A stretch of 62,653 nt of DNA, the filler included, from Choristocarpus tenellus KU-1152 (Eukaryota; Protista; Phaeophyceae): NCBI GenBank assembly GCA_964200185.2. It is 11 parts of 11 records of this genome, joined end to end, with 100 filler letters (N's around TTAATTAATTAA, not from the genome) between each part and the next. Parts side by side here need not be neighbours in the genome. Positions count along the whole stretch, not along the records: positions 20,375 to 24,901 come from CAXNAD020014141.1; positions 25,002 to 28,197 come from CAXNAD020021625.1; positions 28,298 to 33,896 come from CAXNAD020010287.1; positions 33,997 to 40,178 come from CAXNAD020008735.1; 7 more parts are not named here. One strand, written 5' to 3'. The notes beneath the pieces were generated by a model. It saw only the letters and a program-made list of their open reading frames with translations. It searched no databases and was not told where the DNA came from. A program made the translations under genes and the position numbers. Shown piece after piece: positions 22,063 through 34,093 of this stretch (position 1 is the stretch's first letter; every line of letters begins with the position of its first letter).

Positions 22063-23520
22063 CGCAAACTTTCCGGTGCCAAAATTTAAAGAAATGGCTG
22101 ATTGCAGCTATGGTAGAGCTCTGTGATCTCTCAGGAAATAATAGCGTAAGGAGACTCACCCAGCAGGTGCGATGAACGTGGTTGAGCTCTGCGTCGCTTG
22201 GGTCGTTAACCCCTAGGGGGGGTACCCCTTTCCCCCCTTTAAAGCCTCTTAGAACATGTTGCAGGAGGTAACCTTGCCCATGATGGACAGAGGGGGGAAG
22301 GGTTCCCACAAGTGGGGGCAAATTAGACAGCTTTCTAATCAACCCTTTCGTTGAAGATGTTTGTGTCCACAACCTCGATAAGGGCACCCTTCCCCACACA
22401 AATCCAACCAAATTTGACAATGTACAACCGACATTCCGATATATATCAAATGTATCCCGATATCAACAAGAACCGCTGTCGACGATACACTCTTTTGGTG
22501 TGTTTCTCTTTTCTAGCTTGTATCTTTGAAGAATATTTCGTAACATAAAGGAGCAAAGGATGAGATAGAAGTTCTCAGAAATCGGAAGGGAAAAGAAAGA
22601 GAGATCTTCATTTTTATTGAAATAGGCATTTGTGAATGATGAAACCAATCTCATTGGTTATCAAATCCAAGAAAGTCCTTTAGACTGTGCGTCAGTACCA
22701 CTGGTCTAAGGCAGAGTCTAATCAGTCGTGGGGTTGTTCAGAATTGCCAGTTGTGACATAGTGGGGTTCTTTGAGCAAACCCAAAGCTCTCTCAACTATC
22801 AAATCTTAAGAGAAATTTGAATGGAATCTCACGTCCGATGGGTGACGTCATGTCTTTGTGACCGCCAACGGCAAGCACCGTGAGAATTCTTAAGACTTCT
22901 CTGTGTTTGATGCTTATGGCAACATCACCATTGACAAAGAAATGTGCGCGCAATGCACTTGTATGCCCGCGCGGATGTAGATTGGACTGAGATCACCTCC
23001 CAACAATGACACGTCTTTCTCACATATTGATTGTTTTGATATTTTGTCAGAGTATGTGTATGTACCACAAAACCCATACAATCCACAAACCTATTTGAAT
23101 GTTCAAGGATGAAGTAGGTATTAAACTCTCATTGTATTGGGATATCTCATCAGACGGAATATGTTATGCGTTTCTATAGAGATTGGAGATGAGATAATGC
23201 ATTGAGTTTGTGTATATCATTTCCCTTCTGATTCCTCGCAATTGCGTGTACTCTCTACACATCTCACAAAAACAGATGTCCATCAAGACCTGATCTACTG
23301 ATAAGCACAGAGATCAGTGACCCACATTACAAATTGTTGGGTTACTTGGTTTTGCTGGATGTGACTCGATGACAACGATGCCCAACCTCCTCCTCTCAAC
23401 TCATCAAAACTTATTGATTGGACAATGGACTAATTTGTATTTAGTTTACTGTGACACGTATTACATAAGTTAATCATCCTGACCTTCCTCCTGTTGTTGT
23501 TTTGTGGTGCAAGAGTATAC

Positions 23521-23567
23521 AGTAGTAGTAGTAGTAGTAGTAGTAGCAGTAGTAGTAGCAGTAGTAT
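23521..23567. repeat. (AGT)n/(AGC) microsatellite
   Basis: Direct reading. Confidence 0.9.
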
Positions 23568-25001
23568 TAATAGTAATTAATTTGTAGTAGTACTAATAAT
23601 ATACTATTGTATGAATTACATTACATTCCTAGAAGGACTCGAACTACTCGCTACTACTACTAACACATAAAAGACAAAGAAAACTCTAGTTGTTCGCTGG
23701 ATTATTCTGTCAAGTCCATCTGGCCAACAGTTAGGTGGAAGTATAGAGGCATTTTGATTGACATATACCCACGTACTATCATACATACATGCATGCGTGC
23801 ATACTAAGTGCATACATAAATAATACATTAATGTGTTGTTGTTACTGCTGTTGTATGTTTGTATATTATTGCATGTGTATGTAGCAAGCATTTTGTTGAA
23901 TTCTATGCTAAACAATACATCATCGCATTATCGATCAATAATAAGGATCTTGGTGCAAATGAGTAAATGGGGACCCTGGTCGATGATGCAGCAAGAGTAA
24001 GAAAATTGTTCGTTCTTGTATTATCTCCTCATCCATATGCTAGTATTTCCTGACATTTTGCGGGTGTGTCAAGGAAAAAGTCAAACCAAATCGTAAGGAC
24101 CCCTATAAGAGTAACAATTGTAATTCTCCTTGCCTGTCTGTACAAAATGTTGACTTAAGCAAAAAGAGCATAAAGTTAGAACTCGGACAAGAAATACTAG
24201 TACATGCAAAATGTAGCATGCATGGCGATTTTGATCACATTTATTTTGCTACCTTCTTGTCCTCTTGTTATGGCTAGTGCTGTTGTTGGCTTGTTGTAAT
24301 AGCTGTTTTCTACTTAGTAATTAGTTCCTATGTAGCATTATACTGTTGTTATGGGTGGCTGTTACTCCTTTGTTATTTTGTTGGCGACTTACCCTTCAAC
24401 AAATGATATATATTTCGTGTATGTCATGATGCGGCATCATCACCACAAAAAGGGCTATTATTTGTCTGTCCCTTCTCCAACTCCTATTTTTTGTAGTAGG
24501 CAGTAAGATACTTAGTTATAAAGCAAAATGAACTAATAATGTGACGGACAGGTCCCACTGTCGAATTTATTTTTATGTGCACACACAAGTGCATTGCGCT
24601 CGCATTTCTTTGTCTTTGATGACGTTCACGTCTACATCAATGACAAAAATGTCCTGAGAACATTTCGATGACTTGTCGTTGATGGTCACAATAAGTAACG
24701 TCTGTTGGATTCTTGGGATGCTTCCTTAGCTCCCCCCCCCGAGGCACAGGAGTAGGTAGATGGGAAGATAAGGAAGACAGTACAATATTTGATAGTGATG
24801 AAGTAACTGATTAGTGATTTCCACACTTAGAGTGTTTTATATTATTCTTATGTTTAGGATATTTTATTTCTTTAGGGCTAATAACGTCATGCAGAAGGTA
24901 TNNNNNNNNNNNNNNNNNNNNNNNNNNNNNNNNNNNNNNNNNNNNTTAATTAATTAANNNNNNNNNNNNNNNNNNNNNNNNNNNNNNNNNNNNNNNNNNN
25001 N

Positions 25002-25180
25002 GACCCAAAGTATCTGGGGGGAGGGAGGGGTCTAGACCAGGGTGTCCATTTGGAAAAAAATTAGGAAAAGTGCTTTTACAGTATCCATCTGATGTATGCA
25101 ACCAAATCAACCAAAAATCGCGATATGAAAAAATTGACCCCAAATGGACAGCCGCAACCCCCTCCTAGATACTTTGAGCC
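25002..25180. mobile_element. MITE family B copy
   Basis: TIRs GACCCAAAGTATCTGGGGG / CTAGATACTTTGAGCC; sits at a contig start. Confidence 0.8.
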
Positions 25181-25571
25181 AGTAGTACGTCATTTCCGAA
25201 GGTGGATCTCCCATCTCTGAAGGGTTTCTTTTCTGAAACTGATCTGAATCGTGATCCTCCACACTTCCTCAGTTCCCCCACTTTTCCCTGGAATTTCTTT
25301 CAGTCCTGCATTTGTCCAACCATAACCTTGTACTCTCAGTTATGGTTTGCCTTCGTCTGTCTGGTCCGTCTTGCCCAGTGATTCTCTTTACCACCCTTGC
25401 CTGAGTGAACCATGCTGCCAAAGAATCACACGATTCATATTGGTGACACCGGTGAACCCAGAGATAAGGTGATGGGTAATTCTTTGTTTGATCACTTGAC
25501 CAAAGATGCCGAATGCAAGATCAAGAAGAAAACGTCGTGAACAAGAGGGCTGAAATATGCAATGGTTGTCC

Positions 25572-25793
25572 GAGCCAAATTATATTTTGATGTAATTTTG
25601 ATGTAATTTTGGCTACTGTGTTTGTTAGGATGTGTCAGTATTCTTGTTCCGGACACATGTTTTCATAACTTACACATTTGATCTACTCCGAAACATTTTG
25701 GGGTGAAAAAATGTAACAAAAAAAGCCCTGGGGAAGCCAAGCCCCAAATGAACGCACAAGGCAAAACTCGTACCCTCTAATATACTTCCAATC
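25572..25793. mobile_element. MITE family A copy (internal deletion)
   Basis: GAGCCAAA start, family A interior and GTACCCTCTAATATACTTCCAATC end. Confidence 0.75.
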
Positions 25794-26368
25794 TCTGATG
25801 GCATCACAATATCGAATTACATTGAAGTAATGTATAATGCTTTTCTCTGAATGTTTGTTACACCTTTCCCTTTTCTCCTGTAATGAGGGGCGATGTAAAT
25901 TGTACAATGTGCAACTTGGTTGCAGTAAGCTGGAAACGTCACCCCAGAAAGGATCTACTTCATAAAGCAATCTGAGTACGTGATTTAGATATTGCCGTGT
26001 TAGACAAGAAAAACAGCTAGCTAACGTCGTGATAAAGAAGAAAATATCGGGTACATGAAACGTTAAAGATTGGATAGGTTGAAAGTAGACCTGGCAATCA
26101 GGGAAAGTAAATACGAAACAAGTGAAATTGGGGGACAGGGGCTAAGGTTGAGAATTCAGAAAGAAAGGTCAACGTCAAATATTTTATGAAAAAGGACTAG
26201 GGGGGCAAGATCAAGGCAACCTTTGAAAATAATTTCTACAGTGGAGAGGGGGAGTGTCTCGCAGCAAAGTGGGAGATGTGTGCTGAGGAGACGAAGTGAT
26301 ACGAACAAACTTCCTAGGTATTGTTGGGGAAATGGACATTGTCAAGCATCTAGTGGGAAGTGGGGTTG

Positions 26369-26625
26369 GAGTCAAAGTATGTTAGAGGGTAGAGCCGCGT
26401 CCATTTGGGGGCCAGAATACTAGTTTTTGATTTTAGTGTAATTTTGGCTATCGTTTGTTCAAAAAGTCAATATCCTTGTTCTGGACGCACCATTTCACAA
26501 CGTATACATATACCTACTCCGAAACATTTTGGAGTAGGAAAATGTAATAAAAAAAACCCGTCGGAAGCCAAGCCCCAAATGGACAAACCTGGAAAAACTT
26601 GTACCCCTCTTAGATACTTTCAATC
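26369..26625. mobile_element. MITE family A copy
   Basis: TIRs GAGTCAAAGTATGTTAGAGGGTA / TACCCCTCTTAGATACTTTCAATC. Confidence 0.85.
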
Positions 26626-26679
26626 GTTGGGCGGCGAAATTGATAGTCTGACATGGTGTAGGGTTGGTGCCTAGTGTGA

Positions 26680-27360
26680 TCCACAGCGAAAGTGTTAATT
26701 GAGGACCAAGCGTAACCCTATGGTGGGTACAAAGAGGTAGGTACATCGTTTTGTAGTCGGACCTAAACCAACAGTCGCAACTCATGCAGTTCTGTACGTG
26801 AATGTTACTATTCCTTGATATCCACCATAGAACTGACAGGTTGGTTCACAAGTAGGGCGTTGAATGGTTGGATAACTGGTAATAGTCAACATCAAGGGGA
26901 TGCATCAGGTCTACCTCATCGGTAGTAGATTTTGTTCTTCCTGTCACTGGAGTTGATATTCCTTGGCATCTGTGCTGAAATCAAAGATAATGGTTCATGG
27001 TGTGGTGTATACCTCTCCTGATACTCCGTAAGAGTCAGTCTATTTGTCACCAACATTGTTATTCCCAGGGTGGTACTTCGTGAAAGATCCATGATTGGAG
27101 GATTTAGGGTAATATAAGGATTGGTAACTAGGCATGGATATACTTGTTCAGTTGAAGCAGTTCTTAGACTGCTTCAGCTGTAAAAAAGAATATTCCTCGG
27201 AATCTGAGTTAAATAGATACAATAGATCATATTGTAGGATGGTAGCTGTTTTGATAACTGCAAAAGTCGTATTTGGAGAATTGATGTGGACGGGATCATG
27301 TGTAGAATTTGTCATTCTTCCCGCAACCAGTAGAGTCAAGATAAGCAAGAGGTACCCAGG
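26680..27360 (-). mobile_element. Highly decayed Ty3/Gypsy pol remnant (RNase H end to integrase zinc finger)
   Basis: Minus-strand fragments FTKYHPGNNNVGD (cf. FxxxYRxGxxNxxAD) and WWISRNSNIHVQNCMSC (cf. YWWxxMxxxxxxxVxxCxxC) lie in the expected order. Many stops. Confidence 0.45.
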
Positions 27361-27865
27361 GTTGCATTTTTAGGACGCTAGGAAATATGTGCAATTTTAG
27401 GCTTTTTTACAAATACGTTTAGCGAATTTTCTGTATCCTGTCGAAAATTTGAACACAATACTGAAATCAATACTCTTATATCGCCGAAGATTAAAAAATG
27501 GTCTAAAATGTAAAACGGCGAAAACTTGGGTACCTCTCGTTTTCTTTGCCTCTTGCCAGGCACAGGCAACAGTAATAATTTGACAGTGTAGGGCACAATT
27601 GTAGGGTGGTAACTACATGGACAATCAATCTGTAAACGTCTTTATTGGGGGGACTTATGCAGACATTCTGGTCTAGGCAAAGGATAGATCAGAAGATTCG
27701 AAGTTTTAAGGGACAGTTCAGAATTAAAGCGTGTAGAAGTGGGATGACGTAGGAAGGCCTTAAAAAAGGGGGGGGGACTTGTGTGTAGGTTTGTAGCATG
27801 CTTGGGAATGCTGTTGAGTTCTAGCCGTTCAAGTTGGGATAGAATTCAGAGATTACTTACAGACA

Positions 27866-28039
27866 GACACAAAGTATCTGGGGGGGGGGTCTACACCAGG
27901 GTGTCCATTTGGTTCATAACCAGGAAAAGTGTACTTGGATTACCCATCCGACGTATGCAACCAAACCACCAAATTTCGCGACATATGAAAAACCTGGCCC
28001 CAAATTGACAGCCGTCACACCCCCCAGATACTTTGACTT
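27866..28039. mobile_element. MITE family B copy
   Basis: TIRs GACACAAAGTATCTGGGGG / CCCCCAGATACTTTGACTT. Confidence 0.8.
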
Positions 28040-29055
28040 GCAGATATTCTGTGTCTTGGGATCCGACAGGGAGTGCAAGAAAAAATACAATTTGGGGAAG
28101 GGATGGGGGGGAGGGTAGGTTGGGGGCACAGGAGTCACTGCAGTGTCAGTGCATTAGGAAGGAGGACTGTTAAAACATAGGCTACTCATCTGTTTGTNNN
28201 NNNNNNNNNNNNNNNNNNNNNNNNNNNNNNNNNNNNNNNNNTTAATTAATTAANNNNNNNNNNNNNNNNNNNNNNNNNNNNNNNNNNNNNNNNNNNNTTT
28301 ATTGTGGGAGACTTGCAAGAAGAAGTCAAGCAAGACGAGGCCAGGTTACCCTAACCCTATCAGCAAAATCTGTTTCAATCTACCTGTTCTATATGCTGCC
28401 CACTGCAATGTGGTAAGAAACGCCTTCCTGAAACAGTATTTTAACTGCCCCCCCCCCGCAAAATGTTCAAACTGACATTGAACAGAGGAAGTAATTTCTA
28501 CTCTAATTGTGCACTTCACTATAACGGAAAGGTGACATATTAAGAATAAAATACAAGATGGTACTATTACCAAAAAAAATCAACAAGAGAAAAAATGAAA
28601 AATTTCGTCCAGAAAATATCACCCCCTGCACCTCATCATCCGAAAACATCCAAACACACACGAACACAGAATGGAAAAAAGAAAAAAAAACGAAAACTAC
28701 ACACAGAACCAACAACATATCACAGCACACAAAAAAGAAAAAAGAAATACAGTCGGGGGGAGGCGGCGCCTAAATATCTGCAACTACTCATGCTCCTTCA
28801 CTTCACCTTCAGCTACCTACTTCCTTTACTTCTACGCAGCAGGGGGGTGGGGGGTAAGTTAAGGGAGGAATAGAGGGCAGATATAGTGGAATAAAACTGT
28901 CCAACATTGTCATATCAAGCACAATAGAAGAATATGCCACAAATACATTCGTGCGATACATAGGTCATATCAGGTCCCGACTACTGTGCCCTAGCAATTC
29001 GATCTTGCTTGTATCAATGTGAATTCCCCTCAATCGATTGGGAGCAAATGGCAAA

Positions 29056-29314
29056 GAGTGAAAGTATCTTAGAGGGTACGAATTTTGCTCTGTTTGTCCA
29101 TTTGGGGCTTGGCTTTCAACAGATTTTTTAATGACATTTTCCTACTCCGAAATGTTTTGAAGTAAGTGAAACGTGTATGTTATGAAAAGGTGCGTTCGGA
29201 ACAAGGATATTGACACTTCCTGACAAACACAAGAGCCCAATTTGCATCAAAATCGTAACTTTGGATTTTGGCCCCCAAACGGACGCGGCTCTACCCTCAA
29301 ATATACTTTGGCTC
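29056..29314. mobile_element. MITE family A copy, TSD AAA
   Basis: AAA|GAGTGAAAGTATCTTAGAGGGTAC ... CTACCCTCAAATATACTTTGGCTC|AAA. Confidence 0.88.
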
Positions 29315-29985
29315 AAACCAAAAGAAAAAGAGGTAAACCAATTGTGAGGTAAGTGAAGTTGCTTTTCAAGGATCGCGAGAAAGGGTAAGAAAATGTAATT
29401 TTGTACAATTGCAGAAAGAGCCTTTGCTGAATTATGATGTCACCTTTTGTGTGGAAAGGGGCAACATCATTTTGTGTACGCTATTTTGCACATGAAGCAA
29501 TGAGAAATAGAGTGTATTGCACAGGGTAAGAAAGATTGCTTGGATTACAACAAGAGGGTCCAAATCTTCCTACGTGTCAATTGGCTTGGCACAAACCAGC
29601 ATGTATGCAGTCTGTATGCACGTATGTATATACATTTATGTACAAGTGAAGTACTATGACACCACGGGGCTCAACACCTGCAAAGCAGTGTAACACCAAC
29701 AACGATTTGAAGTCACCCACGATACCATGTCTTGCGAATGACTTTTCAACAGGGCACCAATGTATCACCCGAGCATCTTCGGAAAAGAGGAATGAAACCT
29801 TCATTGACTAATCCCTCTCATCTCACACAACTGCAGTAAATGCAATGTTAATACCACGAAGTAGTGACATTTTTCATTGCAAACTTAAAAAAATATGTAT
29901 ATCGAGTACGTACCACTCAATGCTCAACCAACAAAAACGGTAAGAGCACCAGTGAAGCACAAAATACAAAATTGAGACGGAATAA

Positions 29986-30244
29986 GAGTGAAAGTATCTT
30001 AGAGGGTACGAGTTTTGCCATGTTTGTCCATTTGGGACTTGGCTTTCCATGGGCTTTGCATGACATTTTCCTTCTCCAAAATGTATCGTAGTGGGTAATA
30101 TATGTATGTTATTTAAAGGTGTGTCCAGAACATCGACATTGACACTTCCTAACACACACAATAGCCAAAATTACATCAAAAATTGCAACATTGGACATCG
30201 GCCCCCAAATGGACACGGCTGTACCCTCTAAGATACTTTGGCTC
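29986..30244. mobile_element. MITE family A copy, TSD TAA
   Basis: TAA|GAGTGAAAGTATCTTAGAGGGTAC ... GTACCCTCTAAGATACTTTGGCTC|TAA. Confidence 0.9.
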
Positions 30245-30743
30245 TAATGTTTTCAATAAGTATTAATAGACTATAGTACCTACCATTAACAGGACAACCA
30301 AAACGTAGATCTACAAAAAGATCTCTCGCTTAGGAACACTACAAATGTTTAGAATAATAACTACCATATTTGGCAACACAGTAGTACTCAACATGAAGGA
30401 AAACAAGGTGGGCCAATTTTTTTCAGCGCACCTTACTTACTGTGTTTATAGTCCTGCACTGGAGCATCTATGTGCTACCCGTTCTTACTGTTCTGAGTGT
30501 AGTGCTTGGGTGATAATGTTCAATACACAGAGGCTGGAGTGCGTACTCTTTCACAGGGAGCTACTATACTACGCAGTTGTGGCTGGCGACCCACAGTCGG
30601 ACATCCCCGAGAAAGAAGTGCTTGCTCTTGGTCCATTGTGTCACTCAATCCACATATTACACACACACATAGAGTTGTTCAATATTCTTGGGGCCGTAGT
30701 ATGAAGACCCACGAGGGAGAGCATTGAAGAGTGAATGAACAAA

Positions 30744-30919
30744 GACCAAAAGTATCTGGGGGGGGGGGATCTTCATCAGGGTGTCCATTTGAACCAAAAT
30801 CAGAAAAAAGTTCATTGACACTATCCGTCCAACGTATGCAACTAAATAACCCAAGAATCGCGACATGAAAACATTTACCCCAAATGGACAGCCGCCAGCC
30901 CTCCAAGATACTTTAAGCC
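30744..30919. mobile_element. MITE family B copy, TSD AAA
   Basis: AAA|GACCAAAAGTATCTGGGG ... CCAAGATACTTTAAGCC|AAA. Confidence 0.82.
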
Positions 30920-32225
30920 AAATGCAGTCCTAAGGAAAGAAAAAAGAATTGCAAGAGATGAACTCAAAGATGGCCAGATAAAAGACCCAATCAACTAGTG
31001 GTATGCAAGCAAACACCAGCACCAGCATCAAGGCTCACAAGGCTCATGGGGTGTCCGTCCTCACACACTCACACACAAACAACATCAAAACAAAGAGACC
31101 ATTCCAGTCCAATCTAGTCCCACACACTCCATTGCCATTGCACACAGATACCGCAACCCACAAGACCTCCATCAAACTGGGGTATCCTACAACACCCCCC
31201 CATCAAGACCCAAATGAACCACTTGGAACAAGCGCACAACCCCACTACGTTTCTATGGGCCCAGATCCTGTTTGCAACACAATGCTCAGGAGTTGATCTT
31301 TTACAGCAACAGTAACCGCCGCCGTGTTTGGCAACCTCTGAAAATGTGCCCCCCAACCCCCCCCATACCACCACCACCCCTTGGTTTACACTTCCACACT
31401 ACGGATTGAGTGCCTGATGTTGTCAGCCCAACCACTGCCAGCCACCATCCACCCCTGCTGTGCAGGCGGGCCTTAAGCCGTGCCTCAACAACGGATACTG
31501 TACAATTTCTTGACATCAACAGGGTCACACACCCCATTCTTATCACGGCCCCGTTGTCTGCCCATTTGGCGTGGGTGTGCGTAACTGGGGAGCTCAAGAC
31601 AATGCTACAAAACTGTGTCCCTCAATTTGGCAATTATAACGCCAGGTGAAAGCATTCATTCATATCAAGGGAGGGGACATGGATATGGGGAAAGAGAGAG
31701 GGGAGGTGGACTCGGTCAACACATCCCTCTATCAATCAGCATCAAATCCAGGAGACAGAGAGAATAAATTCTAGTCCCTCATACGGAACGGCGCTTCTTC
31801 CCAATGTGTTGACCATTACTTGGCAACACGCCTGCCACCACCGCTGAAGGTGGGCATGGGATAACAACCGGAATTGCAAAGGGCATCGCAAAATGGGCAG
31901 GCACTTCGACTACAAACTTTGGTGGAAAGTAGTCTGGGCCCTCACACGGTGGAAGAGTTAGCGCACAAAACTTGCACAGCTTCTCAGGCGGAGCCTGTAA
32001 TGACCCTAACGACCTCTTTATCCCCACCGTAGGGGCTGCCTCACATCCGTCAGGAGGGGTCACTTGGGAACGGAACTAGACCCAACCTTCCACATATACA
32101 CAATAGTCAGGACAGGACAAAACCAAACAGAATCACAACGGTGCAAGGGCACCACTCTCCGGACACCACCCCTTTAGGTCGCACTAATTAACCGCCATCT
32201 GGGCCTCCATTGTCTATATACTCTA

Positions 32226-33316
32226 GGGCACTATTATACCGTACTGTATATTGCAGACTTCCACCTACGTCAATATACATATCTTGCCCACACCAGACGT
32301 GTCTGAACCCGCTCCATGCTGGACGACCCACGAAATACTCAACAATCTTCTTCACCTTGACGTAATCGCCCGATGTATCTCTGGGTCCGGCACCATCATT
32401 AGCCCACCATGCTTCGCCGTCCATCGGCGAGGTTTGTCCTCCACCAGAACGACCTGCTCTAGCACGAACAAGGGAGCGCTGATTCTCTTCTCCCTCGTCC
32501 TTGTTAGGCCTCGCCTCCTCCAAATCGAGGCAAGAGACTCGGCAGAATCCGGCCACAACTGAAGAATCAACAGGGATAGGCTCTGCGGATATCTCTCGCT
32601 CCTCCTCCTCTGCAATCGAACGGGACATAACCCACTTCCGAGCACATTCCTGTTTGATCCGTTGTGAGGTATGGCATGTTGGGCTAGGTTTCTCAACGTA
32701 CAACACACTTGAGGAGAGAAGAGTGACAGGTCTGACCCAACATGGAAAGAGGGAAGAGGTAATGCAACTTCTCGTGCACTAGGATTAGGTTACATTTTTA
32801 TGTGCCGCTGCGAGGATCCCCTTGCTCTCGGGGACCAGATCTATCTCTAGCCCAACACGCCAAACCTCACAACGAATCGAACAGTAATGTGCTCGGCAGC
32901 GGGTTATCTCCCGTTCGATTGCAGAGGAGTAGTGAAAAATACCCGCGGAGCCTGTCCCTGTTGGATCTTCTGTTGTGGCCGGATCCTGCCGATACTCTTG
33001 TCTCGATTTGGAGGAGGCGAGACCTAACCGAGACGACGGAGAAGAGAAGTAGCGCTCCTCTGTTCTTGCGAGAGCAGGTCGTTCTGGTGGTGGACCTACC
33101 TTCCTGAAGGAGGGGTAACATGGTGGGGCGTGGATGCGCGAATGGTGCCGGGCCCAGAGATACCTCGGGTGATTACGCCAAGGTGAGGAAGATTGTTGAG
33201 TATTTCGTGGGTCGTCCAGCATGGGGTGGGTTCAGACACGTCTGGTGTGGGCAAGATATGTGTATAGACGTACGTGGAAGTCTGCAATATGAATACAGTA
33301 CAGTATAATTGTGCTC
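32226..33316. repeat. Long imperfect inverted repeat (foldback-like): arms ~32226-32687 and ~32847-33316, 159-nt spacer
   Basis: The arms are reverse complements along their length (e.g. TTGCAGACTTCCAC...CCAGACGTGTCTGAACCC...GACCCACGAAATACTCAACAATCTTC), with scattered substitutions and small indels. Confidence 0.92.
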
Positions 33317-34093
33317 CATGGCCCCCGTTGTAAGTGGGACCAGAATGCAGGGATGAAGGTTAACATCCACATCTCCTTCAAATGCGGACGACTACGTATC
33401 TCACCAGAGCGTCATTTTTGTATCAAGTCTGAAGGTACGTGTCCAAATGTTTGATGAGACAGGTTGATACAACGATGTCTACCCTATTTGAATTCCTTGT
33501 ATGGATAGTATGTATAGTCAGATTACAGTTCTACAACAGTTGGAAGTTTTTGGGTGAGGGTTCTATGTCTCAAGTTCGTTTCAGATATTGGAACTGATAC
33601 GTCACTAGTCAACCATAATCTTAAATTTATTTGTGTGCTTGTCGTTATCTTAGTTGACACTTTTGAAAGGTGAGAAATTTGTGATGAAGAACAAAAAATC
33701 ATGTTGTATGTAGAGGATTGTACAATATGCAACTACAGTAGGTACCCCTATTTTTGGCCAAATATTATGAACCAAATAAAAAAATATGCAATTTTGTACC
33801 GATTTTTTCGAGATGCTCAGAAAAAGACTTTTGTACCGGAATGATCGTATTCGGGTGATTTGGCACAAAATCCCAGAGATATTCACGCGAGTTTGGNNNN
33901 NNNNNNNNNNNNNNNNNNNNNNNNNNNNNNNNNNNNNNNNTTAATTAATTAANNNNNNNNNNNNNNNNNNNNNNNNNNNNNNNNNNNNNNNNNNNNCACC
34001 CTTCTGCCCCGGGCATCATGACTTGTCTAACCTCTCCCTCCCAGCCCCCCCCGCCCCCCCCTCCCCCCCCGTCCCCCCTGATTGAGAGCTCAC

